NCBI GenBank assembly: GCA_965213815.1
Contig: OZ243917.1
Location: forward strand, 1,694,385-1,758,384
Direction: 5' to 3'
Source: Alphaproteobacteria bacterium
GTDB lineage: Bacteria; Pseudomonadota; Alphaproteobacteria; SP197
Length of the DNA: 64,000 nucleotides
Positions 10,064-19,063 of this stretch are shown in pieces (within the stretch, counting starts at the first letter, position 1; every line of letters starts with the position of its first letter). Both the position numbers and the translations under genes were made by a program. Under the pieces are notes generated by a model. That model had not been told where the DNA came from and did no database searches. It saw only the letters and a program-made list of their open reading frames with translations.

Positions 10064-10864
10064 GTGAGTTGCCAAGTGGACAGTCTGGAGGGGGCCTTTG
10101 CGGAAACGGAGGCGGCGGCTGACGTGGCGGTGAAGGCGGCGTCACGGGTGCTTTCTCAGGCGCGGGCCATGGTCAAGGCGGCGCAGACGGGGAACATCGC
10201 CGCCATCAGGCGCACCGGACAGAACCTGGACGAGGCGGTGGGCAAACTGATCGAGGAGGCCGAGGAGGCCAGCGAGAGCTGGACCTGGGATGAGGAGGAG
10301 GAGCGCACGTACTTCGAGACGCGGTTCGTGGCGGAGTTCAGGGCCGCGGCCGACGAGAAGGGGCTCAAGCTTCATGAACGCGACGGGTTGCTGATGTGCT
10401 ATCCGTCGATCCTGCGGGTGTTGGCGGGCGATCGCGCCGTCCGGGTGGACCGCAAGAAGGTTTCGACGGTGCGTCCCTCATGGCTGGTGGATCTGCTTCT
10501 GAAGGAGCAGCAGAAGACCGCGAACTTCCAGTCGGCGCGCTTCCTGGAATCGCTCTATGCTGTTTATCGCGACGTCACGAGCGAGGGGCAAAAGGATCTG
10601 GTCAGCGGGCGCGTGGTGCCGCTGATGAGACTGTATCGGCTGATGACGGCGCTACCGGGGGCGGCGCGGGAGTATGGACCGGGCGACTTTGCGCGGGATC
10701 TCTACATTCTTGACTCCGAGGGACCGCACCGCACGAAGAACGGTGCCGAGGTCTCCTTTCCGTCGTCGACGGGAACGAAAGGGCGAAAGTCCGAGATCTT
10801 CAACTTCGTCGGACCGGACGGCAACAGCGCCGAATACTACGGCATCCTCTTCTCGAAGAACTGA
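10064..10864 (+). CDS. Hypothetical protein (helical N-terminus), first gene of four-gene ATPase/helicase operon
   Basis: 266-aa ORF, 3 bp upstream of the next gene; no family recognised. Confidence 0.75.
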   Translation: MSCQVDSLEGAFAETEAAADVAVKAASRVLSQARAMVKAAQTGNIAAIRRTGQNLDEAVGKLIEEAEEASESWTWDEEEERTYFETRFVAEFRAAADEKGLKLHERDGLLMCYPSILRVLAGDRAVRVDRKKVSTVRPSWLVDLLLKEQQKTANFQSARFLESLYAVYRDVTSEGQKDLVSGRVVPLMRLYRLMTALPGAAREYGPGDFARDLYILDSEGPHRTKNGAEVSFPSSTGTKGRKSEIFNFVGPDGNSAEYYGILFSKN

Positions 10865-10867
10865 CGG

Positions 10868-11806
10868 ATGACGGGCACGATCACGATCGATCGCTGGCTC
10901 GATGTCGTCGAGTGCGAGTACCTGTTGTCGCTGGTTGCCGACGGCGGTGCGGCCGTCAAGTTCGTCATGGCGGGAGAGAAGGTGGCGACGCTTGGGGCGG
11001 CGCTGGATGAGCGTTGCCGGGAAAGCGGGTATGTGTTCGTCACGGTCGATGCGGCCAGATGCCGTGTCCACATGCCCCAGGACATCTTCTTTGCCCTGGC
11101 GTCTGCTGTGGACTGGCCTGAGCTGGCGCGCCGGGTCACCTTGCGCATCCTGGGCGAAAGGGGCTTTGGCATCGAGGGCATCGATCCGGCTGAAACGGGC
11201 GATGTCGTCGGCCAGGTGGCGACAAGGAGCGCCCTGGCGCCAGCTGAAGTGCTCTCGGAGCTGAGGCCCGTTCTCTACGAGAGGGTGCGGCGGAATGCGG
11301 ACATGGTCCGGGCCTTTCGCTTTGCCATGACCCATCTCTGCCTCATGACGGGGAGGGACTCTCCCGATGCTCTCGTCGACTGGCTGACGGGAGCGAGCAC
11401 GCGCATCGCCAATGTCCGGCACTTCGGGGTCGATACGCCGATCAACCGGACCACCGCGCGCTACTTCATCGAATCGGCCCTCTACTGGATCCGTATTGCC
11501 GGCCATGCCGGCACGGTCATCCTCATCGACAATGCACGGGTCGCCCTGGCGCGCAATCCGCGCGACGGCCTGCGCTACTACACGAGGGCGATGACCGTGG
11601 ATCACTACGAGGTGCTGCGCGAGTTCATCGACAACACGGACCGCTTGCAGGCAACACTGCTGGTGGTGGCGACGGACGAGATGTTCGTGGACGAGAATTC
11701 ACCGAGAGGCTGGGGCATCTACAGTGCTCTCCGCACCAGGGTGATGGACGATGTCCGCGACCGCCATGCCGTCAATCCGGTCGCCGCTCTGGTCAGGCTT
11801 TCCTGA
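10868..11806 (+). CDS. BrxD/DUF2791-like P-loop protein with degenerate Walker motifs
   Basis: GGAAVKFV occupies the position of the BrxD Walker A lead-in but GKT/S is absent; Walker B region reads ILIDN; YEVLREFID and GIYSALRTR resemble DUF2791. Confidence 0.65.
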   Translation: MTGTITIDRWLDVVECEYLLSLVADGGAAVKFVMAGEKVATLGAALDERCRESGYVFVTVDAARCRVHMPQDIFFALASAVDWPELARRVTLRILGERGFGIEGIDPAETGDVVGQVATRSALAPAEVLSELRPVLYERVRRNADMVRAFRFAMTHLCLMTGRDSPDALVDWLTGASTRIANVRHFGVDTPINRTTARYFIESALYWIRIAGHAGTVILIDNARVALARNPRDGLRYYTRAMTVDHYEVLREFIDNTDRLQATLLVVATDEMFVDENSPRGWGIYSALRTRVMDDVRDRHAVNPVAALVRLS

Positions 11807-13053
11807 TGGCGCGCGAAGCAACCGGTGGCCTCGATGCCCGGATGGCGGTGGAGGCCCTGCGCAACGGTGTCCCCAACAGGGCGGCGGTGAGCGAACTGGG
11901 CTGCAACCAGCCGGCCGTGGAGACCCGTTTTCGGGAGACCCTCGATGCGGCGGCGGGCAGCATGCTTGTCTCCGGCGACTTCGGAACGGGCAAGTCCCAC
12001 CTCCTGCAGCACCTCGAACACCTCGCACTCTCGAGTGGGTACGTCTGCTCGAGGGTATCGATCAGCAAGGAAACGCCGTTCCATGATCTGGGAAAGGTGT
12101 TCGCCTCAGCCATGGAAAACGGCCGGACACCCGATGACCGGGGCCGCTTCATCGAAAAGTTGTGCCATAGGATCGACTTTTCTTCCCATGCATATGGCGC
12201 CTTTTCCGCGTGGGCCGATGGCGAGGCCTCCCGTGGCGCCATGAGCCACCTCTTTCCGGCGAGCCTGTGTGTCTACGAAAAGCTCGGTGATGACGCGTTG
12301 CGAGCGGACATCGAGTCCTTCTGGGCCGGCGACAGGATTCTGATCGGCAGGATCAAGGGCGGACTGAGCGAGGTTGGCGAGAAAGGTACCTACAGCTTCA
12401 AGGCGCCGAAGGCGGCCGACCTGCCGCCCCAGCGGTTGCGGTTCATGGTGGAGCTGATCCGCTGCGCCGGCTTTCGCGGATGGGTCGTGCTCCTCGACGA
12501 GCTCGAACTGATCGGATCCTATTCCATCCTGCAGCGCGGCCGGGCCTACGCCGAAATCGCCCGCTGGATGGGCCGTGCCCGCGAAGAGACCTATCCCGGC
12601 CTTGTCGTCTTGGGCGCCGTGACGTCCGACTTCGCCTCCGCCATCATCAGTCCCGATGGTCAGCGCAAGGACAGGGATTATGTTCCCCCCAGGCTGGAAC
12701 AGAGTGTGCGCTATCGCGACATTGCGAGCCGCGCGGTGACCGGCATGCGCCTGCTCGAACGAGAGTGCGTGGCGCTGGCGGTTCCGAGCCACGACGATGT
12801 TGAGACCACAATGGAATCCCTGCGCCGCCTTTATGGCGAGGCCTATGGCTGGGAGCCGCCACCATCGCTGACGAGGTCAGGGGGTGCGGGGTTCATGGGA
12901 CGCATGCGCTACAAGGTTCGGGCCGCCATCAACGAATGGGACCTCATGCGCCTTGGGATCGCGGACCTTCCCGATACGGAGTTCGTGTCGTTCGAGAACG
13001 CTTATGACGAGGACACCCTGGGGTCCGGCGACGCTCCTGCCGATCCGGCATAG
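11806..13053 (+). CDS. BrxD/DUF2791-like ATPase
   Basis: VEALRNGVP N-terminus, Walker A GDFGTGKS, Walker B VVLLDELE; TGATG overlap with the previous gene. Confidence 0.8.
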   Translation: MAREATGGLDARMAVEALRNGVPNRAAVSELGCNQPAVETRFRETLDAAAGSMLVSGDFGTGKSHLLQHLEHLALSSGYVCSRVSISKETPFHDLGKVFASAMENGRTPDDRGRFIEKLCHRIDFSSHAYGAFSAWADGEASRGAMSHLFPASLCVYEKLGDDALRADIESFWAGDRILIGRIKGGLSEVGEKGTYSFKAPKAADLPPQRLRFMVELIRCAGFRGWVVLLDELELIGSYSILQRGRAYAEIARWMGRAREETYPGLVVLGAVTSDFASAIISPDGQRKDRDYVPPRLEQSVRYRDIASRAVTGMRLLERECVALAVPSHDDVETTMESLRRLYGEAYGWEPPPSLTRSGGAGFMGRMRYKVRAAINEWDLMRLGIADLPDTEFVSFENAYDEDTLGSGDAPADPA

Positions 13054-13058
13054 GCGCC

Positions 13059-15101
13059 GTGCCCATTCCCGGCGGAGGCAGGAGTAGCGACACACTGGCA
13101 CCCTCCGTCGCGTGGTTCCGGATCATCGTGGACCCGACCGGTGAAGGGGTGCTGGCAGGACTGTTCGAAGCGACGCCGGAAGGCGAGCCCCTGGGGTTCA
13201 GCTTCGCCCGGGTATCGCGCCACGAGGGCGACTGGAACGACCTCATGGTGTCCCTGTGTCATGCCCTCTTCGGGGCCACCGCCACCATTCCTTCGCTGCT
13301 CATCGTCTCCTCGGAGGACGGACCGCCCATCTTCCTTGATGACCTCGGTCTTGCCATACCCTGTTGCTGGATCGTGCCTCCGGAGTGCCGCGTCAGCCGT
13401 GAAAATGGATGGCTGCAGTGGGTGACGGATCCGCCGGGCATTCCCTCTCTTGCCGACACGCTCCTGGGCGACATCGCGGACGGGGACGAACCGTTCGAGC
13501 CTCTGGAGAGGGTGACGAAGGCTCTCCTGGAAGCCTATGGAGATATCCGGATCGAGGCCACTGGCAGTATCGAGGGCATGGTTGCGATGATGTCCCTGAC
13601 GCCCCGTGCCATCGAGAGCTGGAGAGAGATGTTCCGTCAGCGGGGCGCTGCCACCATGTCGTCGGCTCCGGAGACGCCACAGGCGCATGGCCTGGCCGAG
13701 AGACTGTGGATGGTGCTGTCTCAAAGGGCCGGGTCCGCTTCCGGTCTCCCTGAAGGCGGACTGGCGTGGTCCGGTGATCTGATGCCATTCCAGCGTGCCG
13801 GCGTCGAGGCCCTGATCACGACGGACCGGTTGCTGCTGTCGGATGACATGGGTCTGGGCAAGACCATCCAGGCCATCGCGGCATTGAGAGTCCTCAAGGC
13901 GAAGGGAGATATCAGGTCGTCTCTCGTGGTCGCTCCGGCGGGCGTTCTGGACCAGTGGCGGCGGGAGATCGAACGCTGGGCGCCGGAGTTGAGTGCCATC
14001 ATCGTGCGTGGCTCGGCCGACGACCGGATATGGCAGTGGCGGGCACGCAAGGATGTTCTTCTCGTCAGTTACGATGTGCTACGCATGGATGCAGATGTCC
14101 TTCGTGATCTTGGACCGGTTCGAAGGACCTGGGATGTGGTGATTCTCGACGAAGCCCAGAAGATCAAGAATCGCAACCCGACGAGTGATGCGGCCAAGGA
14201 TCTGCCCAGAGTACGGTCATGGGCGCTGACGGGCACACCCATCGAGAACAACGAGGATGAGCTGGCTTCGATCCTGGAGTTTGTCGATCACGAGGTTCGT
14301 CTTCGTCCGGGCGCGTCGTTGTTGAAGCGCCACAGCGAACTCCAGCTGCGGCGCCGCAAGGCGGATGTGCTCGATGACCTTCCGCCGAAGCTGGAGACCA
14401 GGATCAGGATCCCGCTCGGGCCCCAGCAGAGAAAGAGCTATGATCAGGCCGAAAGCGAAGGTGTCGTCTTCCTGAGATCGCTGGGCCACGAGGTGACGAT
14501 CCGGCACATTCTGGAACTGCTCACGCGCCTCAAGCAGATCTGCAATGCTGATCCCAGGACGGGAGCCTCCAGCAAACTCGACGACATCCATGACAAGATG
14601 CTGAAGCTGACCGCCCAGGGTCACAAGGCGCTGATCTTCTCGCAGTACACAAACGATGTCTCGGGCGTGGCCGCCGCGGCGCAACGCCTGCACGAGTTTC
14701 AGCCACTCTGCCTGACAGGAACCATGCCGATTGACCAACGCACCGAGATCATCGAGACCTTCAGGGCGAGCGAGCGGCACAAGGCGCTCATCATTTCGTT
14801 GCGGGCCGGAGGCCTTGGTCTCAACCTGCAGGAAGCATCCTACGTGTTCCATCTCGACCGCTGGTGGAATCCCGCCGTGGAACGCCAGGCCGAGGACAGG
14901 AGCCATCGCATGGGACAGACGGTCAAGGTCAATGTGATCAAGTACACGTGCGAGGACACGATCGAGGAGCGTATCGACACCATCCTCCAGCAAAAGCAGG
15001 CCCTGTTCGACGATCTGATCGATGACGTATCCCTCGATCTGTCGACACGCCTCAATCGTGCAGAGCTCATGGGCCTCTTCGGTCTCGACGAGGCCGGCTG
15101 A
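13059..15101 (+). CDS. SNF2-family helicase with uncharacterised N-terminal domain
   Basis: DDMGLGKT, DEAQ, LTGTPIEN, LIFSQY, SLRAGGLGLNL, DRWWNPAVERQAEDRSHRMGQ. Confidence 0.92.
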   Translation: MPIPGGGRSSDTLAPSVAWFRIIVDPTGEGVLAGLFEATPEGEPLGFSFARVSRHEGDWNDLMVSLCHALFGATATIPSLLIVSSEDGPPIFLDDLGLAIPCCWIVPPECRVSRENGWLQWVTDPPGIPSLADTLLGDIADGDEPFEPLERVTKALLEAYGDIRIEATGSIEGMVAMMSLTPRAIESWREMFRQRGAATMSSAPETPQAHGLAERLWMVLSQRAGSASGLPEGGLAWSGDLMPFQRAGVEALITTDRLLLSDDMGLGKTIQAIAALRVLKAKGDIRSSLVVAPAGVLDQWRREIERWAPELSAIIVRGSADDRIWQWRARKDVLLVSYDVLRMDADVLRDLGPVRRTWDVVILDEAQKIKNRNPTSDAAKDLPRVRSWALTGTPIENNEDELASILEFVDHEVRLRPGASLLKRHSELQLRRRKADVLDDLPPKLETRIRIPLGPQQRKSYDQAESEGVVFLRSLGHEVTIRHILELLTRLKQICNADPRTGASSKLDDIHDKMLKLTAQGHKALIFSQYTNDVSGVAAAAQRLHEFQPLCLTGTMPIDQRTEIIETFRASERHKALIISLRAGGLGLNLQEASYVFHLDRWWNPAVERQAEDRSHRMGQTVKVNVIKYTCEDTIEERIDTILQQKQALFDDLIDDVSLDLSTRLNRAELMGLFGLDEAG

Positions 15102-15434
15102 GGTCCCCTTGTGCACTGCTCTGCTTCGCCTGTTCCAGGGCGTGGTGGCTTGGTGCGCCCGGGCTACGCAGGGTCCTTGCTGTTGGTGGCGGACATCACG
15201 ATCCCCAGACAGGACTGGAAAACCTCCCGTTTTAGCGCCGACTGTCCCTCTCTGCGTAGACGCCCACCGTTTCCCGGGATGCGGTGATCATCTGGATCCC
15301 CGCCTTCCTTCCCGTCGAAGGCACTGTTGGTGTCGTGGAAGACGGCAAGATTGGCCTCGGCGGCAATGCCTCACTGACACACGCAGCAGGCAGCCCCGGG
15401 AATTCGGCACCGCGCCCGGCATGTTGGCCGCTGC

Positions 15435-15850
15435 ATGACCGACACAACGGTGATTGACGTTGAACCGGGAGAAACGCTCTCCGGAATCACAGATCGCTAT
15501 GACGTCAGCGTGGAGGCATTGCTGCGATGGAACCGTATCAATGATCCTGACGTCTTGCTGGCTGGACAGCAAGTCATCATTCACGGATCTGGAGATGCTG
15601 ACTCTCTTGCATCCGAGTGGGCGGCCCAGGTGGCATCTGGCCCGATCATGTCAGATGCTGTTGCCTTGGGCATGATCTCAATCGTGGTCGTTCTGCTGCT
15701 GGTTGGCCTGGGACGCGCACTTTCAACCCGTACGTCTCGCACCGTATCGCCTTTTCGAAACCGCCCGGGCGTACTCGCCGGGAAGGCGTGGGTCATCGAT
15801 GGAGACAGCATCCGTGTATCAGGACAGGAAGTGAGGTTCGCCGGCCTCGA
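15435..15850 (+). pseudogene. LysM-TM-thermonuclease (SNase) gene truncated by insertion
   Basis: LysM (VEPGETLSGI..RYDVSVEALLRWNRI), hydrophobic TM, then VIDGDSIRV..VRFAGLD, breaking before the expected APE. Confidence 0.65.
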
Positions 15851-16302
15851 TATCGGTGGCGGAATCAAAGCGCGGGATACTGGCGGTTAGCCGCGCTTTT
15901 GGGGGTGTTGAGCGTTCTTTCCCTCTTGTCGGGTCCTATTTCCCTCTTGTCGTCATCCTCTTGTTGCAATCCTATTGTCGAGTCCGCCGCCGGCGCGCGC
16001 GCCGGGCCTTGCGCCGGGCGCTGGCAGCCGTGTTCCCTGACGCCAGCGGAGAGGCTGGCTCGGCGCTCGCGATCATGAGGGCTGCGCCCCGGGCGCGGCG
16101 GCCGGTGGTGGCCGTCTTGCGCCCTGTGGCGCGGGCCTGGCGGGGGTGGCACAGTGTTATGGAAAGAAGAAGCGATGCGGTGCCGGCTCCAATTTGCGAC
16201 GGAAGCCCGGCACCGCACCTGAGCGAACCGGTTGTGTGGCCGGCTTCCCGAGGACTATCGGACAGTTGAGCGTTCAGGTCCACACCGCTTTCGAGAAGCC
16301 GG

Positions 16303-16758
16303 TTGTGTGTCACGGGACGGCTGTTCTCATGCAAGTGGTGCCGCAAACAGGTGGTGATCTGCCGATCGTGCGAGAGGCGCCAGGAGTATTGCGGCAGGTC
16401 CTGCAGCGGGCAGGGCCGGCGGGAGCGCCGGCGGACTGCGAACCGCCAGTATGCGGCAACGCCAAGGGGCCGCGAGAACAACCGTAAGCGGCAGCGTCGC
16501 TGGCGTCTTCGTCGCGTGGACAGGGAGCGTGCGGCGGCCCTTGAGGTGGCGGTTGCACCGACTCCCTGGGACGCCCCCGGGGACGACTTGTCCCCGGTGT
16601 TGGCGCGGGCCCGGGAAAAAACCGTAACGGACCACACTTACGGAACGTCGCGGCGTCCCCTTATGTGGGGGTCGACGGCGTTCGCCGGGCGTGCATCGCG
16701 GCTTCGATGCGCCGGTTGCGGGCGGGTCTGCACCCACCTTGAGGTGCGCGAGGCCTGA
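16303..16758 (+). CDS. Cys/Arg-rich hypothetical protein upstream of istA
   Basis: LFSCKWCRKQVVICRSCERRQEYCGRSCS; 35 bp upstream of istA. Confidence 0.55.
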   Translation: MCVTGRLFSCKWCRKQVVICRSCERRQEYCGRSCSGQGRRERRRTANRQYAATPRGRENNRKRQRRWRLRRVDRERAAALEVAVAPTPWDAPGDDLSPVLARAREKTVTDHTYGTSRRPLMWGSTAFAGRASRLRCAGCGRVCTHLEVREA

Positions 16759-16793
16759 CGGCGCCGGGAACGGGACGGAAAGGGGTCCAGCAG

Positions 16794-17354
16794 ATGGCGA
16801 TCGACGAGGAGACGCGGGCGACGATTGTGCGGCTGTCACGGGCCGAGGGGTGGCCGGTGGGCACCATTGCGCGGTACTGCGGCGTTCATCACAGCACGGT
16901 GACGCGGGCCTTGCGGGGCGCCGGGCAGGAGCCCCGGCACCGTGCGAAGCTCATCGACCCCTTTGTTCCCTACATCGAGAAGCGGCTCGAGAAGGCCCCC
17001 GATCTGGCGGCCAGCACGCTTTACGGGCAGGTCTCCGCACGGGGCTATCGCGGCGGGCCCGACCACTTCCGTCACAGTCTGCGGGATCTCGGCCTGAGGC
17101 CCGTCAAGCGGCCCGAGCCGGCGATGCGGATGCGCTTTCTTGCCGGCGAACAGGCCCAGGTCGACTGGGCCGACTTCGGGCGTGTCCGGATCGGCCGCGC
17201 CAAGCACAAGCTGATGGGGCTTCTCGTGACCCTGGCCTACTCCCGCCAGACCCATCTGAGCCTGTTCTACAACGCCCGGATGAGCAGCTTCCTGCAGGGC
17301 CATGTAGAAGCCTTCGAAGCCTTCGGTGGTGTGCCGCGCATCCTGCTCATCGAT
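16794..17354 (+). pseudogene. istA: IS21 transposase IstA, 5' fragment
   Basis: N-terminal HTH, GEQAQVDWAD, FGGVPRILLID then homology stops. Confidence 0.85.
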
Positions 17355-17376
17355 GATGTTCCCGGGAACATCATCG
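17351..17376. repeat. Perfect 26-bp palindrome at the junction of two istA fragments
   Basis: CGATGATGTTCCCGGGAACATCATCG equals its own reverse complement. Confidence 0.95.
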
Positions 17377-17999
17377 CAAACCACGACGTGTGGAACTGAA
17401 CCCATGTCTTCGAAGCAACGCACGTGCGAGGCACACCAGTCCTCGACCTTCTGGGTCAGTGTTGCCTCGATGTAGAGCCGTCCCGACACCCCCATCGCGG
17501 CCACGAACACCTGTGTGGCGTGCGTCTTGCCGTCGGCAGTGAGCAGCGGCACGGTCATGCCGGCGTAGTCAACAAACAGACGCTCGCCGGGTGAGCGGTT
17601 CTGGCGCATCGTCACATCCTGTCGCGACCGCGCTTCCCGGAACCGTCGGCACCATGTCGGATAGCTCATCGCGTCGGGGTTCGTGTCCCGCCATTCCTCC
17701 CACAACACGAACAGCGTCATGCCGCGACCAGCAAGGTCCTTCTCGACCTGCGCCCAGTCCACGTCACTCCCCGACACATCCTGCTTCGGTGGATAGAGCG
17801 CCGCCTCCAACGCCTCGTCGTCCGGGTCACGGGCCTGCGGCCAGCTCAGGCCCGACGCCGCAAACCGCGTCAGCGTCTGCGCCACCGAGCGCCGCGCCAT
17901 CGCGCAGTGCCGCGCAATGAAACGACCGCTGCGCCCCTCCTCAAAGTGAAACGACAGAACCTTCTTCACCTGCCTCATCGGTAGTCTCTCCTGTGCCAT
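17373..17999 (-). pseudogene. istA: Second IS21 transposase IstA, 5' fragment
   Basis: MRQVKKVL, WEEWR, PGERLFVDYAG, FVAAMGVSG, VPHVVVCD then homology stops. Confidence 0.88.
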
Positions 18000-18078
18000 C
18001 CCGCACCCCCTGGATCCATCGCGACAATCCAGACGGCAAAACGGCTCCTCGGGTCGAACAAAAACGTTCGCTCCAGGG

Positions 18079-18148
18079 GGTGGCTACCATGGTGAGAACA
18101 GGTGGCTACCATCGTGAGAATCGGTGGCTACCATCGTGAGATTACGCA
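18079..18148 (-). repeat. IS21 left end with three 22-bp-period transposase-binding repeats
   Basis: GGTGGCTACCAT(G/C)GTGAGA(A/T) at 18079, 18101 and 18123; terminal TG on the minus strand at 18148. Confidence 0.85.
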
Positions 18149-18152
18149 GTGG

Positions 18153-18719
18153 TTACGCGAGCGCCTGGCGGATGCAGCGCGTCATGGCGGCGTGATCGCC
18201 CGCATTGGAGCGGCGCGAGGCGTCCAGCCAAGCGGCGCGATTGATGCGCGTGAGGTCGATGGCGTGGCCAGCGAGCGCGGCAAGCTGCTTCAAGTACTGG
18301 AGCTGCGTGCGACCGTTGCCCTCGCGGAATGGGTGAACGTGGTTGACGTCGCCCAGGACCGGACCCGCGCCCTCGGCAAACCCGTCCGGCCTCGATCCCC
18401 GGAAATACCCCGCCGCTGCGATACGGCGGTGAATGTCCGCCATGCCGGCCACAATGAACCGTCTCGGCTGGAATCGGCTCCCGCCCTTGGTGATTTCGAC
18501 GGTGCGAATTTCGCCCGCCCACCCATAGACGTCCTGGAACAGATGGCGGTGGATCGTCATCAGGTGGGCAAGATCGAAATCGCCCGCGGGCATGGGCTCG
18601 AGAAGGCGCTGGGCGACGAGCTCGCGCTCTGCCGCCTCCAGCGCCGGGGCGTCCCGGATGTCCAGCCTGTTGCGGAGAACGGTGTAGTCAGGCGGATAGC
18701 AGTAGTCGCGGTCGCTCAT
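18153..18719 (-). CDS. Fic domain protein (VbhT/FicT-like)
   Basis: YCYPP..VLRNRL, HPFREGNGRTQL; ATGA overlap with the upstream small gene. Confidence 0.9.
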   Translation of the reverse strand: MSDRDYCYPPDYTVLRNRLDIRDAPALEAAERELVAQRLLEPMPAGDFDLAHLMTIHRHLFQDVYGWAGEIRTVEITKGGSRFQPRRFIVAGMADIHRRIAAAGYFRGSRPDGFAEGAGPVLGDVNHVHPFREGNGRTQLQYLKQLAALAGHAIDLTRINRAAWLDASRRSNAGDHAAMTRCIRQALA

Positions 18720-18937
18720 TCCGCCGCGGCGACGCGACTGCGGTCCTCGATCCGACAGAGGATATGGGCGCGGCGACGCTCGGGCGACCATCCCTCGCGC
18801 TCGAACATCTCGAACATGGTGATCTCTTCCGCCGTCAGGGGATTGCCCTCGATCGCCTGCAAATGCGCGGCTTCGGCCAACAGCCGATCCGTGGCGACAC
18901 TCTCGACGGTACCGGAATCATGCGGCTTCCCGGACAT
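18716..18937 (-). CDS. VbhA-like antitoxin
   Basis: 73 aa, HLQAIEGNPL motif, translationally coupled to fic. Confidence 0.75.
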   Translation of the reverse strand: MSGKPHDSGTVESVATDRLLAEAAHLQAIEGNPLTAEEITMFEMFEREGWSPERRRAHILCRIEDRSRVAAAE

Positions 18938-19063
18938 GGTGCGACCTTATCACGTTGCGCCGGTGAAGGCGACAGGTACGAGGTCGTGATCAGCACGGCT
19001 GCCGGCAAGAGAATCGTGCTGCGCGAGAAGGGCTCCGGGGTCCGGATTCGGCGGGTTGCGCCG

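Larger units (their letters stand above)
15851..17354 (+). mobile_element. IS21-family element, left part only
   Basis: Cys-rich ORF plus istA fragment; the left end near 15851 (TATCGGTGGCGG, TGGCGG repeated 24 bp later) is inferred from where the nuclease homology stops. Confidence 0.55.

Noticed and set aside
10064-15101. Calling the operon BREX or Shango
   Set aside because: No PglZ, PglX or BrxC, no TerB-domain gene, and the helicase is SNF2 rather than the Lhr/DEAD type
18079-18142. Three 20-bp direct repeats as a mini CRISPR array
   Set aside because: Spacers are only 2 bp, there are no cas genes, and the repeats abut a TG terminus upstream of istA, as expected for an IS21 end
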